Assembly: GCA_020638455.1 (NCBI GenBank)
Contig: JACKIK010000003.1
Span: 504,154 to 568,153 of the forward strand
Reading direction: 5' to 3'
Source: Hyphomonas sp.
GTDB lineage: Bacteria > Pseudomonadota > Alphaproteobacteria > Caulobacterales > Hyphomonadaceae
DNA: 64,000 bases
The position numbers and the translations under genes were made by a program. Below the pieces are notes generated by a model. It did not search any database and had not been told where the DNA came from. It was given only the letters and a program-made list of their open reading frames with translations. Positions 48,625 to 57,399 of this stretch are shown here, piece by piece (the stretch's first letter is position 1; each line of letters opens with the position of its first letter).

Positions 48625-48650
48625 ACCGCCTGGCTATCCAACAGTTCTGT

Positions 48651-48929
48651 CTACTCGACGGTCCAGCCGCGCGGCGTGCGCCGGGCTTCCAGCGTCACCG
48701 TTTCGCCAGCGCCGACATCGTGGACCGGGCGCATCCGGCGTCCGCCCGCAAACCGCATCACCAGCGCTGCCGCGCCGAGCAGAAGCCCTGCCATCGCTGT
48801 CATCACGGCGACGATCCCGGCCGTCATCACGAGCATCATCCCGATCATCACCTGGACGATCAGCGCGATGCCACCGCGCAACGTGCCTGCGAAATCAAAT
48901 CCATGCGGGTGGGGGGCCGTTCTGGTCAT
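48651..48929 (-). CDS. Small hypothetical membrane protein
   Basis: Long hydrophobic stretch, C-terminal TLEARRTPRGWTVE; RBS aagga. Confidence 0.72.
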   Translation of the reverse strand: MTRTAPHPHGFDFAGTLRGGIALIVQVMIGMMLVMTAGIVAVMTAMAGLLLGAAALVMRFAGGRRMRPVHDVGAGETVTLEARRTPRGWTVE

Positions 48930-49021
48930 GTCAGTTCCTTGTGCCCCCTGAACATGGCTGCATCATGGCACCCCGTCAACGAATCCGGCACCGGCGATCA
49001 CAGAATCTTGTCCGGTGCCCG

Positions 49022-49732
49022 TTAATCGGGCTGGGTGATCAGTCCGCGTTCGCTGCGTATCTGCGCATAGGCTGCGGTAATCGCCGCGGCCTTGGCGTGC
49101 ACGGCATCCTCGAACTCGCGCGGAACGCCCATGCGGATCAGCCGGTCGGGATGGTTGTCCGCCATGAGGCGGCGGTAAGCGGCGCGGATATCGTCGAAAT
49201 CGGCATCATGCGCCACGCCGAGAATATGGTACGGGTCGTCCCGGTCGGGCCCGAGATGGCTCGCCTTGATGCGCCGGAAGGTCGCCTCGCTGAAGCCGAA
49301 CGCGTCGGAAACATTGCGCAGGTACTCAAGCTCGTCCTGCGTCACCACACCGTCGGCGCCGGCGATCTGGAACAGGCCGTCCATCACGCCTTCCAGCAGG
49401 CACGGGCGGTCATGGTAGCGCTTGGCGATGCGGCGGGCATAGTTGCGGTAGCCGCGAACCGTCTGGCGGGCGAGGTTGAACACCCGGCGCACATTCTCGG
49501 CTTCTTCCGGCGGGGCGCGGAAGACGCGGGAGAACACCATGATCTCCCGGTCCGACACGGTGCCATCCGCCTTGGCGAGCTTTGCGCCGAGGCCGACCAC
49601 AGCAGCTGTGAAGCCGACATCGTTCGGGTCCGGCGCGCACGATTCCGGCCCTGGCGCGGCGGCATCGTCCAGCGCCGGGTCAGAATCGAACAGACGTTTT
49701 CCGCTGTCGAGAAGGCGAGTCCACAGGCTCAT
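49022..49732 (-). CDS. djlA: DjlA-like TerB + J-domain co-chaperone
   Basis: AKLAKADG.VS..E, IAGADG, DPYHILGV, HPD motif. Confidence 0.85.
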   Translation of the reverse strand: MSLWTRLLDSGKRLFDSDPALDDAAAPGPESCAPDPNDVGFTAAVVGLGAKLAKADGTVSDREIMVFSRVFRAPPEEAENVRRVFNLARQTVRGYRNYARRIAKRYHDRPCLLEGVMDGLFQIAGADGVVTQDELEYLRNVSDAFGFSEATFRRIKASHLGPDRDDPYHILGVAHDADFDDIRAAYRRLMADNHPDRLIRMGVPREFEDAVHAKAAAITAAYAQIRSERGLITQPD

Positions 49733-49868
49733 TCCTGCGCCTTATAGCAGGAATCCGCGCGCAGGCGAGGCCAGCGAAGCTGACAACAACGTGAAGGAGC
49801 GCTCACTGAATTCGTGCGCTTTCTGTCGCGCCGCATTTCGTGTTTCATGCGCAATATTGAACGGGGTC

Positions 49869-50774
49869 TCAGGGCGCTGATGGCGGCGCGACTGCCGCCT
49901 TGAGTTCGGCGACCTCGCGCTGCAGTTCCCTCAACAGATCGAGGATTTCGCTGCGAGCCCCGCCCGCCTGTTCGCGCTCTTCCTCGATCTCCTCCTCGAT
50001 GTCCTCGATTTCCCCTTCCAGCTCGCCGAAGCCTTCCTTCAGCACGGCGCGTTGTTCTTCCGCCAGCGAGTCGACGACCAGGGCGATGAACAGGTTGAGG
50101 ATGGCGAAGCTGGCGACGAAGATGAAGATCAGGAAGAACATCCAGGACAGCGGATGGCCGTCATCGATGACCTTCTGCATGACCTCGAACCGCCAGCCGT
50201 CCATGGTCATCACCTGGAACAGCGACAGGGCCGAACTCGGCAGGTCGCCGAACAGCTGGCGCACTTCTTCGGTTTCGGTATCGCCGAACATGTTGGTGGC
50301 CATCACCGCGGCCACATAGGTCACCAGCGCCAGCACCGCGACGATCGCGCCCATTCCCGGCAGCGCCTTCAGCAGGGCTTCGGTGATGCGCTTCATCACC
50401 GGGACGACATGCAGGAGGCGCAGCACGCGCAGCACACGCAGCGCCCGCAGGACGCTGAACGCCCCTGCCCCCGGGATCATCGAGATGCCGACCACGATGA
50501 AGTCGAACCAGTTCCAGCCGGAACGGAAGAACAGCAGCCGGTAGACGACCAGCTTGAGCAGGATCTCTGCGGCGAACACATAGGTCACCGCCGCATCGAT
50601 CACTTCGAGACCCACCACCAGTTCATGCGGCAGCGACGCGCGATACGTCAGGACTCCCAGGATGACGGCATTGAAAATGATCAACACCATGATGAAGGTC
50701 CGGAACCAGGGCCGCTCTATCGCCCGCTCCAGATCGAAATTCGCCGTTTCAGTATCGAGTGTTGCACGCTTCAT
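49869..50774 (-). CDS. Voltage-gated ion channel (BacNav/NaChBac family)
   Basis: GWNWFDF, S4 LRALRVLRVLRLL, pore LFQVMTMDGW, ILNLFIALVV, C-terminal coiled coil. Confidence 0.92.
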   Translation of the reverse strand: MKRATLDTETANFDLERAIERPWFRTFIMVLIIFNAVILGVLTYRASLPHELVVGLEVIDAAVTYVFAAEILLKLVVYRLLFFRSGWNWFDFIVVGISMIPGAGAFSVLRALRVLRVLRLLHVVPVMKRITEALLKALPGMGAIVAVLALVTYVAAVMATNMFGDTETEEVRQLFGDLPSSALSLFQVMTMDGWRFEVMQKVIDDGHPLSWMFFLIFIFVASFAILNLFIALVVDSLAEEQRAVLKEGFGELEGEIEDIEEEIEEEREQAGGARSEILDLLRELQREVAELKAAVAPPSAP

Positions 50775-50871
50775 GACCGTCCCTCACGCTGCCCTGCCAG
50801 ACCTGCTCGCATGAGCGTTCTGCCGCCAAAGCGACAGCCTGCCAAGCGCCGGCGCGGGCGTGGCGCGACGG

Positions 50872-51345
50872 TCAGCCGGCCGAGGTCGTGGTGTCCGAGA
50901 TGATCTTCCAGTCGCCGCCGAACTTGCGCAGGATCAGCGTGTAGAGGCCGGAGGGCTCGTCCCCGTCCCGCTCCAGTTTCCAGCGCCCGTGCGCCACCGC
51001 CGCATCCGGCGCAAGCAGCACGATCTCATAGTCGGACGTGATCAGCTTTCCCATCTTCTCCGGCGTGCCATAGGTGGTGTGATAGCGCGCATTTGTGTCG
51101 TCCCAGCCGCGCGTGACCTTTCCGCCTGAGGCAAAGCGCAGCAGCGGCGACTTCCAGTAGCCGTCCATGAAGGCGTCGATATCGCCCCGGTTCCATGCCG
51201 CGTCCTGCGCTTCGAGCAACCCGGTGATGGCAGCCATCTCGGCTGCATCGTCGAGCGCGATATTATGGACGGGTGCGGGCGCTCCGGCCTGCGTGGCGCA
51301 GGCGGCAAGGGCGAATACGCTGACGGCGGCGGCAAGGGCTTTCAT
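50872..51345 (-). CDS. NTF2-like DUF4440 lipoprotein
   Basis: Lipobox LAAC, AWNRGDIDAFMDGYWKS, MGKL, WKIISD. Confidence 0.85.
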   Translation of the reverse strand: MKALAAAVSVFALAACATQAGAPAPVHNIALDDAAEMAAITGLLEAQDAAWNRGDIDAFMDGYWKSPLLRFASGGKVTRGWDDTNARYHTTYGTPEKMGKLITSDYEIVLLAPDAAVAHGRWKLERDGDEPSGLYTLILRKFGGDWKIISDTTTSAG

Positions 51346-51395
51346 GGCGGGGCTCCACTGATGGCTTTGCATCAGCCTAATGCCAGCCGCCCGCC

Positions 51396-53129
51396 CTAAC
51401 CAGCGCTTTCCGGCTTCATCCGTGCCTCGCGCGCGAGCCGCCACCATTCCAGCACGCTGAGCGCAACCGCGACGCCGCCCAGCCAGAAAGTGACGACAAA
51501 GACGTCGTGGAAGCCGTTCTTCTCGATCATCTCCCCCAGCCACGGGCGGCCGAGCGTTCCAATCAGCATGGTCAGCGACGCCATCAGCGCATACTGGACC
51601 GCCGCGAAGCGCGGGTTCACGACCGAAGTCAGGTACGCCGTCATGGCCACCAAGGCGAGGCCGCCGGCGATGTTCTCGGCGAAGATGGTGATCATCAGCC
51701 GCGCGAGGCGCCGGCTATGGTCCGGCGGCAGGTCTATCGCATGCGGCTGCAGCTTCGCTGCGAAATCGGCAAAGGCAATCAGCGGGCCGTCCAGGTGCGT
51801 GAAGGCGAGGAACGCGTCGACCGCATGGGCGCCGGCCGCAAGGTCGGCATAGAGCAGATTGGTCGCCGCCGCGACGATACCGCCGATGAAGAAGACGGGC
51901 ATCCGCCCGATTGTCGCGATCAGCGTCGCGCCCAGCAACGAACCCAGAATGGTGGCAATGACGCCGAAGAATTTGGAGGCGATCGCCACATCGTCGAGCG
52001 TATGCCCCAGCGCATCGAGATCGCTGCGCAGGTAGAAAGGATAGGCGAACGAGCCCCACACCGCATCAGTGAAACGATAGGTCAGCGCCAGCGCCAGGAC
52101 GAGTACCGTCCACCAGCGCAGCCGGTAGATCAGGTCCATCAGCGGGTCGAAGATCGCACGGAACAGCGTCGCGACCAGCTTGCCGGCGCGGCTCTGGCCG
52201 GCATGGAACAACGGCGCGTCCGCCGCCACTGCCCGGTTGCGGACCAGCAGAACGGCCGCCACCACCGCCGGGGCGATCACCGTCAGCATCACGATCAGGG
52301 GGCCCTGCTCCAAGACGAAAGCGCTGGAGGAAATGTCGGCATGGAAGCCGAGCCGCATGACCGCGAAATAGCCGATCATGCAGAAGGCGGCGGCCCAGCA
52401 CAGCGACACGAAGGCGACCGCGGGGGTTGCTTCGTGGACCGGTACGGACGGCAGGAAACTCGGCCGCGTCCTGTGCTCGTGCCTGTTGTATTCCGGCTCC
52501 GGCGCCAGCAGGCTGCCGAACACCGTCAGCCCGACAAAGCCTGCCATCATCACATAGGACACGACCCAGCCGCCGCGCGCCGCAACCAGCAGCGCCACGA
52601 AGCCGGAGATGAACCCGCCGGACTTGTAGCCGAACTGGTACAGCGCCGACATCAGGTCCTTGTCCTCGTCCGAACGCGCGACCTCGATGCGCCAGGCATC
52701 CAGGATGATGTCGTGCGTCGGGCCAAGCAGCAGGATCACGAAGCAGATCAGCGCAACCAGCCCGATATTATGCGGCGGGTTCGAGAAGGCCAGCACGACG
52801 AGCAGGATCGCAATCGAAGCCTGGCACAGGATCAGCCAGGAGCGCCGTCCGCCGACCGGGATGAACGGCACGCCGTGCGGCGTCTGGAAGACCGGCGCCC
52901 AGAGATATTTGAAGGAATAGCCGATCCCGACCAGCGAGAGCACGCCGATCGTGTCCGTATCGATCTTTTCTTCCGTCAGCCAGGCCGTCAGCACGCCGAC
53001 AATGGCGCCATAGGGAATGCTCGCAGCGAAGGCGAGGATCAGCATTGCCGCCATGCGGCGGTCTTTCAGGGCACGAAAGGCCCGCGCCATGCGCGAAGGC
53101 TGCTGCGCCGGCGCGCCTGCCTCGCTCAT
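51396..53129 (-). CDS. ampG: AmpG-family muropeptide MFS permease
   Basis: YSFKYLWAP, GGRRSW, HDIILDAWRIE, YRFTD, FAAVQYALMASL. Confidence 0.88.
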   Translation of the reverse strand: MSEAGAPAQQPSRMARAFRALKDRRMAAMLILAFAASIPYGAIVGVLTAWLTEEKIDTDTIGVLSLVGIGYSFKYLWAPVFQTPHGVPFIPVGGRRSWLILCQASIAILLVVLAFSNPPHNIGLVALICFVILLLGPTHDIILDAWRIEVARSDEDKDLMSALYQFGYKSGGFISGFVALLVAARGGWVVSYVMMAGFVGLTVFGSLLAPEPEYNRHEHRTRPSFLPSVPVHEATPAVAFVSLCWAAAFCMIGYFAVMRLGFHADISSSAFVLEQGPLIVMLTVIAPAVVAAVLLVRNRAVAADAPLFHAGQSRAGKLVATLFRAIFDPLMDLIYRLRWWTVLVLALALTYRFTDAVWGSFAYPFYLRSDLDALGHTLDDVAIASKFFGVIATILGSLLGATLIATIGRMPVFFIGGIVAAATNLLYADLAAGAHAVDAFLAFTHLDGPLIAFADFAAKLQPHAIDLPPDHSRRLARLMITIFAENIAGGLALVAMTAYLTSVVNPRFAAVQYALMASLTMLIGTLGRPWLGEMIEKNGFHDVFVVTFWLGGVAVALSVLEWWRLAREARMKPESAG

Positions 53130-54619
53130 GCGGCCCCGGCCTCATTGCGGCCGGCCCGGCCCGTCCAGTGCACCGCAATGCTGCGCAGCGCCTCCGGCTC
53201 GATCGGCTTGGCGACCACGCCATTCGCCCCGGCCGCGATCGCGCGGCGCTCGATCTCCGGATTCACCTCCGCCGACAGGGCAATCACCGGCACGCCGGAC
53301 CCGCCCGCGCGCAGGCGGCGTGTCGCCTCGAACCCGTCCATGACGGGCATACGCAGGTCCATCAGGATGAGCGCGGGCTGCATGCGTTCGGCGACCTCCA
53401 GGGCTTCGGCTCCGGTCGAGGCGACTGTGACGGTAAAACCGGCCGATTCCAAGGCACGCCGTGCAATCAGCGCGTTGACCGGATTGTCGTCTGCAATCAG
53501 CACGCGCCCGGCGCCGGTCAGTGCTTCCGGCTCGTCGGCGGCCCATTCGCCGGAATGCACCACGAAGATCCGCTCGGCCAGCGACGAGGCCCGCAGCGGC
53601 CGCACCAGCCAGCCGGCACAGCCCATCGCCCGGAATCGCGCAATCGCGCCGCGATCCTCCGGCCGCAGCACGATCAGCGACGGCGCCTGACGGGCCAGGG
53701 CCCGGACGGTCGCTTCGGGCAGGTCGGCCCCGATCAGCAGCACATCGACGTCTGCAGGCACATGCCCGGACGAGACGTCAACGCTGACAGGTTTCGCGGC
53801 CGCACCCACGAGCGCCGCCGCCGTCGACAGGCAGGTGGCCGGCGGCAGTCCCGCGAGGCCGACCGTGGCGTTCAGTTGCGGCAGGTCATGCGTCGGCGGA
53901 AGCTCTGCCCTTGGCAGGGGCAGAAAGACGGAAAAGCAGGTGCCGATCCCCGGCGCTCCGGTCACGTCGATGCGCCCGCCAAGCAGGTCGGTCAGGCGCT
54001 TGACGATGGCAAGGCCGAGGCCGACGCCGCCATCCTTGTAGGCGTCCTTGCGGCTCGACTGGCGGAACGCATCGAACAGGCGCTCCCGGTCCGGCGCCGC
54101 GATGCCCGGCCCCGTATCGATGACGCGGTATTCCAGCCCGTCATCATGCGCGTGAATGTCCAGCAGAACGGCGCCGGTCTGCGTGAATTTCAGCGCGTTG
54201 CCGATGAGGTTGAACAGGATCTGGCGGATACGGCCCGCATCGCCCGTGAAGGTCGGCATGGGCAGTTGCGACACCCGCGCCGCAAGATCCAGCCCGGCCG
54301 CATGAGCGCGCGGGCTCAAAAGCTCCACGACTTCCCGGGCGAGCCGGACCGGACAGAATGCCTCCGATTCCAGTTCCACCGCCGAAGCATCGAGCCGCGC
54401 ATAGTCGAGCACGTTGTTGAGGAGGTCGAGCAGCCGCGCCCCGCTCTGACGGATCGCTTCGGCATATTCCCGCTGGGCCGGCTCGAGCTCGGTTTCCAGC
54501 AGCAGCGACACCGTGCCGAGGATGCCGTTCAGCGGCGTGCGGATCTCGTGGCTGGCCGCTGCCAGGAAGGTATCCTCCGGGCTGGTCGTCACGGGCGGCA
54601 GGATGGGCGTCTCTTTCAT
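53126..54619 (-). CDS. shkA: Cytoplasmic hybrid histidine kinase with pseudo-receiver and receiver (ShkA-like)
   Basis: No sensor or TM; SHEIRTPLNG, NLIGNALKFT, DTGPGI, GVGLGL; degenerate REC ending GWLVRPLRASSLAERI; REC2 ADDNPVN...LMDLRMP...KP. Kinase call is firm; the orthology is inferred. Confidence 0.75.
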   Translation of the reverse strand: MKETPILPPVTTSPEDTFLAAASHEIRTPLNGILGTVSLLLETELEPAQREYAEAIRQSGARLLDLLNNVLDYARLDASAVELESEAFCPVRLAREVVELLSPRAHAAGLDLAARVSQLPMPTFTGDAGRIRQILFNLIGNALKFTQTGAVLLDIHAHDDGLEYRVIDTGPGIAAPDRERLFDAFRQSSRKDAYKDGGVGLGLAIVKRLTDLLGGRIDVTGAPGIGTCFSVFLPLPRAELPPTHDLPQLNATVGLAGLPPATCLSTAAALVGAAAKPVSVDVSSGHVPADVDVLLIGADLPEATVRALARQAPSLIVLRPEDRGAIARFRAMGCAGWLVRPLRASSLAERIFVVHSGEWAADEPEALTGAGRVLIADDNPVNALIARRALESAGFTVTVASTGAEALEVAERMQPALILMDLRMPVMDGFEATRRLRAGGSGVPVIALSAEVNPEIERRAIAAGANGVVAKPIEPEALRSIAVHWTGRAGRNEAGAA

Positions 54620-54643
54620 GCACCCAATCGTGCCCCGCACGCT

Positions 54644-54658
54644 TTAGGAATCCTTTAA
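54644..54658 (-). promoter_or_regulatory. Putative CtrA site upstream of the ShkA-like kinase
   Basis: Minus strand TTAA-aggattc-CTAA (one mismatch to TTAA-N7-TTAA). Confidence 0.6.
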
Positions 54659-54686
54659 GCCCGCAGCCAGTTTCCGACTGGAATTG

Positions 54687-56234
54687 CTAATGGGCGAGCG
54701 CTTCGGCGCTCACGCCCTCTCCCCTGCCCGGCGGACGTTGCCGGTAGGACAGCGCCTCGGCAATATGTACGCGGCGTACACTAGTTGCTCCATCGAGGTC
54801 AGCGATCGTGCGGGCCACTTTCAGCACGCGCGAATAACCCCGCGCGGTGAGCTGCAACCGGTCCGCTGCTCCGGCAAGCAGGGCCGCACCCGATTCGTCA
54901 GGCCGGGCGAAGCGTTCCAGCTCGTTAAGCGGCGCATCGGCATTGACCGGGCGGCGGGTATCGCTTGTCTCGTCCTCGTACCGCTCCAACTGGACGGCTA
55001 TGGCTGCTTCGACCCGCACCTTCGCTTCGGCGGTCCCTTCCGTCGGCGGCGGCAGGGCAAGGTCCACGGCGGTCACCGGAGGGGTATCGTAGTAGAGATC
55101 GATGCGGTCGAGGAACGGGCCGGACAGGCGCGCCTGGTAGGATTCGGCGCATTTCGGCCCGCGGCGGCAGGCAGCGGCGCCCGGCCCGCCTCCGCAGCGG
55201 CAGGGATTCATTGCCGCCACCAGCTGGAACCGGGCCGGATAGCGCACGTGCCGGTTTGCCCGCGCAACCACGGCCTCACCGGCCTCGAGTGGCTGGCGGA
55301 GACTGTCGAGCACCTGGGCGGAGAATTCCGGCAATTCATCAAGGAACAGCACGCCGTGGTGGGCGAGCGAAACCTCACCCGGCTTTGCCTTGATCCCGCC
55401 GCCGACCAGCGCCGCCATGGAGGCAGAGTGGTGCGGCGCCCGGAACGGCCGCGTCCGCGACAGGCGTCCACGCTCCAGCAGCCCGGCGATCGAATGGATC
55501 TGCGAGACTTCCAGCAATTCCCGCGCAGACAGCGGCGGCAGAAGTCCCGGCAAGCGCTGGGCGAGCATCGACTTGCCCGAGCCCGGCGGCCCGCAGAAAA
55601 GAAGGTTGTGCCCGCCCGCTGCGGCGATCTCCAGCACACGCTTGGCGCCTTCCTGGCCTTTGACATCGCGCAGGTCGGGCCCCGGCGGCGGTTCAGCCAG
55701 CATGCCGGCTTTTGGCGGGCCGATCAGGTCCCGTCCCGTGAAATGGTTGATCAATGCGATCAGGCTGCGCGCGCCGAGCACGCTGCCGCCCGCCCAGGCG
55801 GCCTCCGCCCCGCAGATTTCCGGGCAGATAAGGCTGAGATTCATCGCTTCCGCTGCCATCGCCGCGGGCAGCACACCCAGGGTCTCACCAAGGCTTCCAT
55901 CCAGCGACAATTCCCCGATCGCGGCATACTTCCCAAGCTCGTCCGGCGGGATCACGCCCATGATAGCCAGCATCGCAAGCGCAATCGCCAGATCGTAATG
56001 GCTGCCCTCCTTCGGCAGGTCGGCCGGCGCGAGGTTCACGATCACCCGTTTCGGCGGCAGGGCGAGGCCCAGCGATGCAAAGGCGGCCCGCACGCGCTCC
56101 CTGCTCTCCCCAACGGCCTTGTCCGGCAGACCGACGATATGGAAAGCCGGGTTGCCGCCTGTCAGCTGCACCTGCACGTCGACCGGCTGGGCATCGACCC
56201 CTTCGAACGCAAATGTCGTGACCCGGCAGACCAT
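54687..56234 (-). CDS. comM: ComM/YifB Mg-chelatase-like AAA+ ATPase
   Basis: VGLPDKAVGESRERVR, NLAPADLPKEGSHYDL, GPPGSGKSMLA, RAPHH, LFLDELPEF, AAMNPC. Confidence 0.95.
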   Translation of the reverse strand: MVCRVTTFAFEGVDAQPVDVQVQLTGGNPAFHIVGLPDKAVGESRERVRAAFASLGLALPPKRVIVNLAPADLPKEGSHYDLAIALAMLAIMGVIPPDELGKYAAIGELSLDGSLGETLGVLPAAMAAEAMNLSLICPEICGAEAAWAGGSVLGARSLIALINHFTGRDLIGPPKAGMLAEPPPGPDLRDVKGQEGAKRVLEIAAAGGHNLLFCGPPGSGKSMLAQRLPGLLPPLSARELLEVSQIHSIAGLLERGRLSRTRPFRAPHHSASMAALVGGGIKAKPGEVSLAHHGVLFLDELPEFSAQVLDSLRQPLEAGEAVVARANRHVRYPARFQLVAAMNPCRCGGGPGAAACRRGPKCAESYQARLSGPFLDRIDLYYDTPPVTAVDLALPPPTEGTAEAKVRVEAAIAVQLERYEDETSDTRRPVNADAPLNELERFARPDESGAALLAGAADRLQLTARGYSRVLKVARTIADLDGATSVRRVHIAEALSYRQRPPGRGEGVSAEALAH

Positions 56235-56278
56235 CGACCCTTTCCCCTTCAGCGGGAAAATGGTTAACACGGTTCCGC

Positions 56279-56293
56279 GAACAAATAAAGAAC
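56279..56293 (-). promoter_or_regulatory. LexA (SOS) box upstream of comM
   Basis: GAAC-aaataaa-GAAC about 45 bp upstream of the start. Confidence 0.85.
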
Positions 56294-56304
56294 AAAAATG
56301 CGGG

Positions 56305-57288
56305 TCAGGCGCTTGCCGCTTGCATAAGGGGCGCGTGCGCGGCGTTCAGGACTTCCAGCCCCGCCCCCGCGCGCGGTGCACGTTCGGAGAGCGTGCGGCG
56401 CCATTGCCGCGCGCCCGGCTGGCCATTGAACAGGCCGAGCATGTGGCGTGTCATCGCGTGCAACGGAACGCCTTCGGCCAGCCGCTCCGCGACATAGGGC
56501 CGGTAAGCCTCAAGCGCGGCGAAGGGGGAGACCGGCTCCCCTTCCCCGAACAGGACAGCATCGACCTCGCCGAGCAGGGCCGGGGTCTGATAGGCCGCAC
56601 GGCCCAGCATGACGCCATCGAATGTCGCCAGATGCTCCGTACACGCCTCGATCGTCTGGATACCGCCGTTCAGAACGACGGTCAGATCTGGCCGTGACGC
56701 CTTCAGCTCCGCCACCAGGCCATAATCTAACGGCGGCACGTCGCGGTTCTCCTTCGGCGACAGGCCCTTCAGCCACGCCTTGCGCGCATGCACCGTGAAC
56801 ACCAGGCACCCCGCTGCCGCCACCCTGTCCACGAAGGTGAACAATGTCTCGCGGGCCGGCAGGTCATCAATGGCGATGCGGCATTTCACGGTGACCGGGA
56901 TCTGCACCGCCGCGCCCATGGCCGCAACACAGTCCGCCACCAGATCCGGCTCCGCCATCAGGCAGGCCCCGAAAGACCCCGACTGCACCCGCGCCGACGG
57001 GCAACCGCAATTGAGATTCACTTCGTCATAGCCGAAGCCCTCCGCGATCCGCGCAGCTTCCGCGAGTTTTCCGGGCTCGCTGCCGCCGAGCTGCAGCACC
57101 ACCGGATGTTCCATGTCATTGAACCCGATCAGGCGCTCCCGATCCCCGTGGATCACGGCATCGGCCGTCACCATCTCGGTCCACAACAGCGCCCGCTTCG
57201 AGAGGCAACGATGGAAAGCCCGGCAATGCCGGTCCGTCCAGTCCATCATAGGGGCGACAGAAAATCTATAGTCTTGTTTTTTCGTCAT
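56305..57288 (-). CDS. dusA: tRNA-dihydrouridine(20/20a) synthase; 5' end probably supplied by the island
   Basis: FSVAPMMDWTDRHCR, QLGGS, NLNCGCPS..VQSGSFGACLM, VHARKAWLKGLSPKENR, GVMLGRAAY. Confidence 0.96.
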   Translation of the reverse strand: MTKKQDYRFSVAPMMDWTDRHCRAFHRCLSKRALLWTEMVTADAVIHGDRERLIGFNDMEHPVVLQLGGSEPGKLAEAARIAEGFGYDEVNLNCGCPSARVQSGSFGACLMAEPDLVADCVAAMGAAVQIPVTVKCRIAIDDLPARETLFTFVDRVAAAGCLVFTVHARKAWLKGLSPKENRDVPPLDYGLVAELKASRPDLTVVLNGGIQTIEACTEHLATFDGVMLGRAAYQTPALLGEVDAVLFGEGEPVSPFAALEAYRPYVAERLAEGVPLHAMTRHMLGLFNGQPGARQWRRTLSERAPRAGAGLEVLNAAHAPLMQAASA

Positions 57289-57319
57289 TTTTTTAGTAGT
57301 TTCAAGGGACTGAATCGAG

Positions 57320-57397
57320 AACGTGTGCAAGTCAAGTGCACGAATTTGCACACGTTTGTACCGCTTTTGATCTCTCTGTGCACACGGAGCGCACACG
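57320..57397. repeat. Inverted and direct GCACACG repeats, putative integrase arm-type sites
   Basis: AACGTGTGCAA (57320-57330) / TTGCACACGTT (57346-57356) perfect IR; further GCACACG at 57380 and 57391. Confidence 0.7.
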
Positions 57398-57399
57398 AA

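Noticed and set aside
56788-57399. N-terminal extension of the integrase ORF (557 aa as called)
   Set aside because: Overlaps dusA on the opposite strand; integrase-like sequence begins at ATG 57400.
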